A DNA stretch of 64,000 bases from Candidatus Woesearchaeota archaeon (GTDB lineage: Archaea > Nanobdellota > Nanobdellia > SCGC-AAA011-G17 > PNOQ01), in the NCBI GenBank assembly GCA_018663865.1, contig JABJPM010000025.1, positions 9,024-73,023 of the forward strand. Direction: 5' to 3'. Below are positions 57,962-64,000 of the stretch, piece by piece. A model generated the notes under the pieces. The model saw nothing but the letters and a program-made list of their open reading frames with translations, made no database searches and was not told the DNA's origin. Within the stretch, counting starts at the first letter, position 1; each line of letters starts with the position of its first letter. The position numbers were made by a program, and so were the translations under genes.

Positions 57962-58681
57962 ATGGATACATTAATTTGGATATTATTGGCAACATTATTT
58001 GTAAGTTTATTATCGTTAATTGGAATTATAACAATTTCTTTAAAAACTAAAATTTTAAAAAAAATATTATCTTTTTTAATTGCACTTTCTGCGGGAGCAT
58101 TATTGGGGGGAGCATTCATACATTTAATTCCAGAATCTCTAGAAACAACCACTGCCACGACCACATTCACATTTTTATTAATTGGGTTTATATTGTTTTT
58201 ATTAATTGAGAAAATTTTACATTGGAGACATTGTCATGATGTTGAGTGCAAGGTCCATACTTTTGCATACATGAGTTTATTTGGGGATGCGGCCCACAAT
58301 TTCATAGATGGGTTAATTATTGCTGTAAGTTTTATGACAAATATACAACTTGGTTTAACGACAACGTTGGCAGTAACTCTTCATGAAATTCCGCAAGAAA
58401 TAGGGGATTTTGGAGTATTGATCCATGGCGGGTTTTCAAAATTAAAAGCATTAACATATAACTTTATTTCAGCACTCGCGGCAATGGCAGGTGGACTGAT
58501 TGGATTTTTGCTACCTGTAAACAACATAGCACATTACTTGATCCCCATTGCAGCAGGAGGATTCATTTATATCTCTGCATCAGATTTAATCCCTGAACTT
58601 CGAAAAGAAACAAATTTAAAAAAATCAATGTTGAATTTATTGGTGTTCATAATTGGTATCTCAATCATGTATTTAATTTAA
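57962..58681 (+). CDS. zupT: ZIP-family divalent metal transporter (ZupT-like).
   Basis: The ZIP signature HEIPQEIGDFGVLIHGG is present with 8 transmembrane helices. 239 aa. Confidence 0.85.
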   Translation: MDTLIWILLATLFVSLLSLIGIITISLKTKILKKILSFLIALSAGALLGGAFIHLIPESLETTTATTTFTFLLIGFILFLLIEKILHWRHCHDVECKVHTFAYMSLFGDAAHNFIDGLIIAVSFMTNIQLGLTTTLAVTLHEIPQEIGDFGVLIHGGFSKLKALTYNFISALAAMAGGLIGFLLPVNNIAHYLIPIAAGGFIYISASDLIPELRKETNLKKSMLNLLVFIIGISIMYLI

Positions 58682-58747
58682 CATTACTTAAAAGTAGTAA
58701 AAATAGTAACATTTATAAATAAATAATTAATTTAGATAATACTAAAA

Positions 58748-59701
58748 ATGGATAAAGATAGTATTATTGCAACATATTCAAGGGATATCGCTAGATATGG
58801 CGGAATATTGGATGATTGTGAGCAAAAGGATTTGGCAGAATCAATCACATACAATAAATCCATTTCAAAAATTTATGCAAAGTCCCTAAACGATAAAAAT
58901 TTATCAATTAAATCCAGAGAAAGATTAAAATTAGAGTATGACGAAATAGAATCTAAAATTAATTCTGCAAGGGAAACATTAGCAATCACGAATTTACCAT
59001 TTGTAATTGCAAAAGCTAGAAAATTTGCCGGCAGGAATGTAGATATATTGGATCTAATCCAAGAGGGCAGCCTGAAACTTTATCAGAAAGCAACAGATAT
59101 GTATGATCCAAATCATTCTTCAAATTCAAAGTTTATATCTTATGCAGGATGGTGGGTAGATCATTCAATGCGTAGGACCCTTTCGAATCAATCTAGACAT
59201 ATTAGGTTACCAGTGCATGCAAGTGATCTAGAAAGAAAAATAAAATTATTCACAGATAATTTTGTGAATGAAAATCTAAGGGCGCCAAGTTCAGAAGAAA
59301 TTTCAGAAGGAATTGAAGAAAAACTAAAAAAAGTAAATGAAATGCAAATTAATGAAAGATTGAGAGATACCTTGAGTTTAGATTATCAAGGAGATAATGA
59401 CCATTCCACATTATTAGATACCATTTCTTACGATCCTCAGCAGGAGATGGATGGACAAATGAATTTTCACCAAGCAGGGATAATTGAAAAATTATTAAAA
59501 ACCGCAAAATTAACTGAAAAAGAAAGACTAATTATAGATGACAGATTTGGACTGGAATCTGGAAACGCACGTACATTGGCAGAAGTTGGTGATGAATTAA
59601 AATTGACAAGAGAAAGAATTCGCCAAATTGAAACGATGTCCTTAAAGAAATTAAAAAGGGCAGCAAAAAAAATGAATTTGAATTTTGAAGATTTGTTCTA
59701 A
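58748..59701 (+). CDS. Sigma-70 family RNA polymerase sigma factor (bacterial type), with regions 2, 3.0 and 4 present.
   Basis: Region 2 is LPFVIAKARKFAGRNVDILDLIQEGSLKLYQKATDMYDP...FISYAGWWVDHSMRRTLSNQSRHIRLPVHA (compare bacterial LDLIQEGNIGLMKAVDKFD...F.TYA.WWIRQAI...RTIRIPVHM). Region 4.2 is LTEKERLIIDDRFGLESGNARTLAEVGDELKLTRERIRQIETMSLKKLK. 317 aa. Its AT-richness is like its neighbours. Confidence 0.8.
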   Translation: MDKDSIIATYSRDIARYGGILDDCEQKDLAESITYNKSISKIYAKSLNDKNLSIKSRERLKLEYDEIESKINSARETLAITNLPFVIAKARKFAGRNVDILDLIQEGSLKLYQKATDMYDPNHSSNSKFISYAGWWVDHSMRRTLSNQSRHIRLPVHASDLERKIKLFTDNFVNENLRAPSSEEISEGIEEKLKKVNEMQINERLRDTLSLDYQGDNDHSTLLDTISYDPQQEMDGQMNFHQAGIIEKLLKTAKLTEKERLIIDDRFGLESGNARTLAEVGDELKLTRERIRQIETMSLKKLKRAAKKMNLNFEDLF

Positions 59702-60352
59702 TTATCTAGAATTATTAATATTATTTCGTTTACAATATTTTTTTATAACGCATTTACTGCAAAATGGAGATATTGGTGAACAAGTATTTTGACCATGGGA
59801 AACCAATAAATAATTAATTCTTTTCCAATATTTTTTTGGTAATTTTTCACGTAGTTTCATCTCGGTTTCATAAGGAGTATCGGTTTTAAGATATCCAATT
59901 CTATTAAAAATTCTGTGGACATGGGTGTCAACACAAATACCATATTTATCAAATGCAGAAATTCTAACAAGGTTGGCAGTTTTTCTCCCGACACCTGGCA
60001 ATTTAATTAAATCATCAATTTCTTCAGGAATTTTCCCATCAAATTCCTCAAAAATAACTCCTGGCAATTTTTTTAATTGTTTTGATTTATTTTTATAAAA
60101 ACCCACTGGATAAATTAGCTTTTCAATTTGCTTCAAGTTTAATTTTTTCAAATCCTTGAAGTTTTCAACTTTCTTAAATAGTTTTTCACAAACCTTTACA
60201 GTAGTTTCATCCCGTGTTCTAGCACTAAGAATGGTGGCAACTAAAATTTTGAATGGTGATTCAGTTTTTACTTTAATTAAATCAACAACCGGAACGTTAT
60301 AATTTTTAACTTCCTTATTCAGAATAAAATATATCTTATCTATGTTTGACAT
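59702..60352 (-). CDS. nth: Endonuclease III (Nth), a HhH-GPD DNA glycosylase with a [4Fe-4S] cluster.
   Basis: The HhH is LPGVGRKTANLV with catalytic K/D context, and the C-terminus is C-x6-C-x2-C-x5-C (CSPISPFCSKCVIKKYC). 216 aa. Confidence 0.9.
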   Translation of the reverse strand: MSNIDKIYFILNKEVKNYNVPVVDLIKVKTESPFKILVATILSARTRDETTVKVCEKLFKKVENFKDLKKLNLKQIEKLIYPVGFYKNKSKQLKKLPGVIFEEFDGKIPEEIDDLIKLPGVGRKTANLVRISAFDKYGICVDTHVHRIFNRIGYLKTDTPYETEMKLREKLPKKYWKRINYLLVSHGQNTCSPISPFCSKCVIKKYCKRNNINNSR

Positions 60353-60367
60353 AGTAAAAATATAAGA

Positions 60368-60745
60368 TTATGAGTCTCCCCATAATCCATGTAGATTGCA
60401 ATATGCTCTTACTCCGAAACTAGAATCCACATTATCAAATATTGCTTCTGGATTTTGCCCAGGTTTAAGCTGTTTCCTATAAACTCTATCCTCTGTTAAT
60501 AACTCAATCCATTCTATGTAATGATCTTCATCCATTGGATGATCGATTGATCCAACCCTAACACGGATGCTATTTTCTATTTTTTCAATTATGGGGACAT
60601 GTTTTTCCTCTGCAGCATCCTCATTATTTTCCTTCATTTCAATCATCGGCTTACCACAACAAAATAATGGAACTGGCGCACTATGCAAAATTTCAACGAG
60701 ATTCCCACATGTCGGACATTTATATATTTGATTTATTTCTGTCAT
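60368..60745 (-). CDS. dfx: Desulfoferrodoxin-type superoxide reductase (2Fe-SOR).
   Basis: An N-terminal desulforedoxin-like domain (YKCPTCGN...FCCGKPM) is followed by a C-terminal neelaredoxin domain (EEKHVPII...HPMDEDHYIEWIEL...AYCNLHGLWG). 125 aa. Confidence 0.85.
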   Translation of the reverse strand: MTEINQIYKCPTCGNLVEILHSAPVPLFCCGKPMIEMKENNEDAAEEKHVPIIEKIENSIRVRVGSIDHPMDEDHYIEWIELLTEDRVYRKQLKPGQNPEAIFDNVDSSFGVRAYCNLHGLWGDS

Positions 60746-60813
60746 TTTATATTCTCCTTATCAAAACAATTCATACTTAAATCTTTCTAAAAATAAAAAA
60801 AAATAAAAAAAAA

Positions 60814-61032
60814 TTAACAAGCCGATGTGCTATAGTGTAATTTTTTGATACCAACCAAAATTAACACGATTGCAAAAACTTGTGTAAGATTCAAATACCC
60901 GAACCATAAAATCAAACCTAATAATATTGATATTATGCCTCTAAATGCAAAAGCACCTTTGCCAGAATGACAACCTACTGCACAAGTATTACTTTCTTTT
61001 TTAACAACTTTTTTTCTTTTTTTAGCAACCAT
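60814..61032 (-). CDS. Small 2-transmembrane membrane protein with an N-terminal basic/Cys segment.
   Basis: 72 aa: MVAKKRKKVVKK...CAVGCHSGKGAFAFRGIISILLGLILWFGYLNLTQVFAIVLILVGIKKL. It lies upstream of dfx in the same orientation. Confidence 0.45.
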   Translation of the reverse strand: MVAKKRKKVVKKESNTCAVGCHSGKGAFAFRGIISILLGLILWFGYLNLTQVFAIVLILVGIKKLHYSTSAC

Positions 61033-61045
61033 TTTTCACCTCCGT

Positions 61046-61207
61046 TTATTTAGCAAAAATTCCCCAAAAGATTTTAGAAAATCCAGCTATGAACAATAGC
61101 AATGCAAATAGTTGTTCTAATGTCAATATCGCGCTCCATAATGCCCAGCCCAATATTAATGAAACTATTCCTGCAAAAATTAATCCAGACCTAGCCCTAG
61201 AACCCAT
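61046..61207 (-). CDS. Small 2-transmembrane membrane protein, a paralog of the adjacent 72-aa protein.
   Basis: Manual translation gives MGSRARSGLIFAGIVSLILGWALWSAILTLEQLFALLLFIAGFSKIFWGIFAK, 53 aa. It aligns with the previous protein as G-I-[IV]-S-[LI]-[IL]-L-G-x-x-L-W-...-L-x-L-x-Q-x-F-A. It is not in the ORF track because it is under 60 aa. Confidence 0.4.
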   Translation of the reverse strand: MGSRARSGLIFAGIVSLILGWALWSAILTLEQLFALLLFIAGFSKIFWGIFAK

Positions 61208-61328
61208 CCCTTTTTTCTTAACCATTAAATATCACCCTCCTATCCTAATTTTTATTTTTTCTATTTAAATACTTTTTCCTAGAATATATATAATCAATTG
61301 GGACAATCTTTAAAATAAGATCAAACAT

Positions 61329-62174
61329 TTGATATACATGGCCCAAAGAATACAAAGTCCAAGTTCAATAAATACTTTCAAACAATGTCAAAGAAAGTAT
61401 TACTATCAATATATTCTAAAGTTGGCACAAAAGGTGCCATCAATCCATTTACAAAGAGGAAAAATAGTTCATGAGGCACTGGAAGACTTATTCAAGATAG
61501 ACATTTCCAACATGGACAAAGAATATTACGAATTCGAGTTAAAAACACTATTACAAAGTCTATTCAAACAAAAATGGACAGCAGAAAAAAAAGAGTTAGA
61601 CAGAATTGGGATGACTCCGGAACAATTAGAATTTTATTTCAGAGAATCTCTTTATATGGTGAACAATTGGTTTAGAAATTTTATGAAAATCCTGGGCCCA
61701 AAAGTTGAAAAAGAAGGCCTAGTCGAAGGATTCAATCATGTTAAACCAAAAACAGAAGTATATTTTCTATCTGAAGAACATCAAGTAAGGGGATTCATTG
61801 ACGCAATTCATGAGATTGACGGGGAAGTATCGTTAATGGATTACAAAACCTCAAAGAGAGAAAAAATGAGTCCGGAGTATCGGTTACAACTTGCGATATA
61901 TGCTTTACTCTATGAGGAAAAATATGGAAAAAAGCCGCAATTGGTGGGGATAGATTTTCTAAGGCATAAACAACATTACTTGGATGTGGACCAAGATTTG
62001 GTGGATTTTGCAAAATTAGAATGTAAGTTTATTCAAGAGCAAACAATTTCTGAAGATATTTCAGATTATTCAAGAAAGAAAACTCCCCTATGCAATTATT
62101 GTGATTTTCAAGATGTATGTTTTGGACAGAAAACAATGGACGAATTCATAGCAGAAAATGGACCTAATAGATAA
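61329..62174 (+). CDS. Cas4/RecB-family PD-(D/E)xK nuclease (DUF83-like) with a C-terminal Fe-S cysteine cluster. It is stand-alone, with no CRISPR locus nearby.
   Basis: An N-terminal Cys (FKQCQRKYYYQYI) and the motifs GFIDAIH...DGEVSLMDYKTSK (D...D/ExK) and QLAIYALL (QxxxY) are present. The C-terminus is CNYCDFQDVC. 281 aa. Confidence 0.75.
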   Translation: MIYMAQRIQSPSSINTFKQCQRKYYYQYILKLAQKVPSIHLQRGKIVHEALEDLFKIDISNMDKEYYEFELKTLLQSLFKQKWTAEKKELDRIGMTPEQLEFYFRESLYMVNNWFRNFMKILGPKVEKEGLVEGFNHVKPKTEVYFLSEEHQVRGFIDAIHEIDGEVSLMDYKTSKREKMSPEYRLQLAIYALLYEEKYGKKPQLVGIDFLRHKQHYLDVDQDLVDFAKLECKFIQEQTISEDISDYSRKKTPLCNYCDFQDVCFGQKTMDEFIAENGPNR

Positions 62175-62403
62175 ATTCATAGTAGAATATTCGCCAGTAA
62201 TAATAAATTCCATAAGGGAATATAATCTAAGTCTAGCAAATTTTACAAATGAAAGATATTATCGAGATATTGGGCAATATTTTGATGAAATCAGTTTCGA
62301 GGATTTAGAGAGAAGCATTTTTTTATATGAAAAATCTCGAGAATTAATTGAAGATGCCTGGGAATTAGCAATAGAAAAAGATAAAATTTATTTAATTAAA
62401 TGA
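62158..62403 (+). CDS. Hypothetical small acidic protein.
   Basis: 81-aa ORF overlapping the end of the Cas4-like gene by 17 nt. No recognisable motif. Confidence 0.3.
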   Translation: MDLIDKFIVEYSPVIINSIREYNLSLANFTNERYYRDIGQYFDEISFEDLERSIFLYEKSRELIEDAWELAIEKDKIYLIK

Positions 62404-62415
62404 GATTAAAAAATC

Positions 62416-62691
62416 TCATTTATGTTTAATCATTTCTTCTATTTCACTATCTGGAAATTTATGTGTCCCAATTATCCGATCTAATTTCTTTTTTCCTTCA
62501 GAATCATTTTCATCTAGTGCCCCATACATTGATGCCTGAGTAAAGATATCTATCCTTGAATTACTATCATACATTTGCTCAAAAAATTTTGCAGCCTCAT
62601 CATAATTGCCATCAGTATTATTTAATACCTGTTCCGCACTTTCCCTTTTTATGTGATAATTCTTAACTAATTTTTCTATTTTATTTTCCAT
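62416..62691 (-). CDS. Small protein with a UBA-like (NAC-alpha/HYPK-like) helical domain.
   Basis: The start is taken at MENKIEKLVKNYHIKRESAEQVLNNTDGNYDEAAKFF, where a compact three-helix UBA-like signature E..A..AL....G....A resembles those seen in NAC-alpha and EF-Ts N-termini. The track's longer version begins with an unlikely MIRFIMCFSFQIIK. Confidence 0.35.
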   Translation of the reverse strand: MENKIEKLVKNYHIKRESAEQVLNNTDGNYDEAAKFFEQMYDSNSRIDIFTQASMYGALDENDSEGKKKLDRIIGTHKFPDSEIEEMIKHK

Positions 62692-62736
62692 TTTAATAAT
62701 TTGAAAACTGAAACACATTATAAATCTTATCAATGA

Positions 62737-64000
62737 TTATATCTTATATTTCGCAATTAAAGTAGAGGCTAACTTCCCATCAACCTTGCCAGAATATTTT
62801 TTCATTACTTCGCCCATTAATGCACCCATGCTCAAATCTTTATTTTTCTCAACAAGTGTTTTAATTTCTTTTTCTAATTTTGAATCATCAACTGGAGAAT
62901 AATTTTTCAAATTAATTTTTCTTCCTTCTGCAATATCTTTGAAAATATTAATCACCGAATCTTTTGTGATTTTTTTCAATTCTAATGCATTCAAAACAAG
63001 TCTGAAATCATTCTCACAAAATTCATGTTCTAACTTATATCTGGATTTAATATCTTTCGGAATTTCAACAAGAATATTCGAAATCAACTTTATATCTAGA
63101 TTGTACTGATAATCATCCAAATTAAATCCTGCTTTAACTAAGCCCCTGGATAAGGATGGATTCAATCCAAGTTTTTCATATTCCAAAATTTTATTATCGA
63201 TCAACTCAGAAACTTTTACCTCATCCAACAATCTCTTATCAATAATTATTGGTTTGACATCGGTTTCAGGATACATCCTGGATGCACCCGGCATTGGTCG
63301 CATAAATGTGGTTGTTCCATCAGGATTAGCGCCACGGACTTCAGGTTTAACTTTTATTTTTAATTGCCTCTTAATTTCCCCATCAATTATCTTGGGAATA
63401 TTTTTCAAATCCTGAAAACCTTTTATTTCAACTCTTTCACCATTCTTTATTGAAACGTTAACATCTTGCCTTATCACTCCGATCCCTCTTTTCACCTTTC
63501 CAGTACTTCGAAGAATCATTCCAAGTTTTTCTGCAGTTTCTTTACACTGAGTTGGATTTTTTATATCTGGACAAGTGGCAATTTCAACAAGGGGAATGCC
63601 CAATCTATCTAATCTATAAATGATTGATTTTTCTTTGTTAGTCTTAGTAGACAAAATTTTTCCAACTCTTCTTGCAGAATCTTCTTCTAAACAAACACTA
63701 TCAATTCCAACCCTGCCATGAGAGGTTTCTAAATATCCGCCCTGCCCAACCAACATGGTCCTTTGGAACCCGGAAGTATTACTTCCATTCACCACAGTTT
63801 TCCGCATAACTTGAATTTCATTAACAACATCACAGTTAAGCATCTTACAAATTTCTAATGTTATTTCTAATGCATTTTTGTTTAAATCATGAGGGGGCTC
63901 TTCATCAAATTCAACAGAACAAGTACTATCCGAATATCCCTCGTAGGTAAACTCTAATTCTTTATCTCTTTCATGTTTTGCAGCGATATCAATTTCCCCT
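62737..64000 (-). CDS. GatB/GatE-family aminoacyl-tRNA amidotransferase subunit. Only the C-terminal portion is in the window, and the gene continues beyond position 64000.
   Basis: The cradle-domain pattern GIGVIRQDVNVSIKNGERVEIKG is present, with a C-terminal GatB/YqeY-like helical domain (...LMGEVMKKYSGKVDGKL...). The reading frame stays open upstream to the window edge. Confidence 0.7.
   Translation of the reverse strand, partial: GEIDIAAKHERDKELEFTYEGYSDSTCSVEFDEEPPHDLNKNALEITLEICKMLNCDVVNEIQVMRKTVVNGSNTSGFQRTMLVGQGGYLETSHGRVGIDSVCLEEDSARRVGKILSTKTNKEKSIIYRLDRLGIPLVEIATCPDIKNPTQCKETAEKLGMILRSTGKVKRGIGVIRQDVNVSIKNGERVEIKGFQDLKNIPKIIDGEIKRQLKIKVKPEVRGANPDGTTTFMRPMPGASRMYPETDVKPIIIDKRLLDEVKVSELIDNKILEYEKLGLNPSLSRGLVKAGFNLDDYQYNLDIKLISNILVEIPKDIKSRYKLEHEFCENDFRLVLNALELKKITKDSVINIFKDIAEGRKINLKNYSPVDDSKLEKEIKTLVEKNKDLSMGALMGEVMKKYSGKVDGKLASTLIAKYKI

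Overview
This is an AT-rich window (roughly 30% GC) that is clearly archaeal. It encodes ribosomal proteins L37ae, L40e, L15e, P0/L10, P1, L11 and L1, plus RpoP, Spt5, SecE, aIF5A, TFE, Orc1/Cdc6, FtsZ and SepF, together with archaeal-type GlyRS, LeuRS, ProRS, AlaRS, AspRS and AsnRS. Several enzymes are short (AlaRS 579 aa, GlyRS 478 aa, a 226-aa Dph2-like protein), which suggests a reduced, DPANN-like genome. Almost the whole window is coding, with genes on both strands, and it contains six tRNA genes: Pro-UGG, Cys-GCA, Arg-UCU, Pro-GGG, Arg-UCG and Asn-GUU. I found no rRNA, no CRISPR array and no recognisable transposase or integrase. The main informational loci are an L37ae-rpoP-prefoldin beta cluster, a secE-spt5-L11 cluster next to ftsZ, an L1-P0-P1 stalk operon, and seven aaRS genes, with AspRS and AsnRS in tandem ahead of tRNA-Asn. 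Accessory regions include a copper-handling cluster at the window start, a 2.5-kb four-gene segment containing orc1/cdc6 that is bracketed by a perfect 18-bp inverted repeat, and a surface-protein plus MacB/FtsX-type ABC transporter island beside a possible archaeosortase. Two small archaeal genes, rpoP and L40e, were missed by the ORF track because of their size. The most unexpected item is a clear sigma-70 family sigma factor gene (58748-59701) sitting in this archaeal context. All functional calls rest on motif recognition by eye, and none was checked by a database search.
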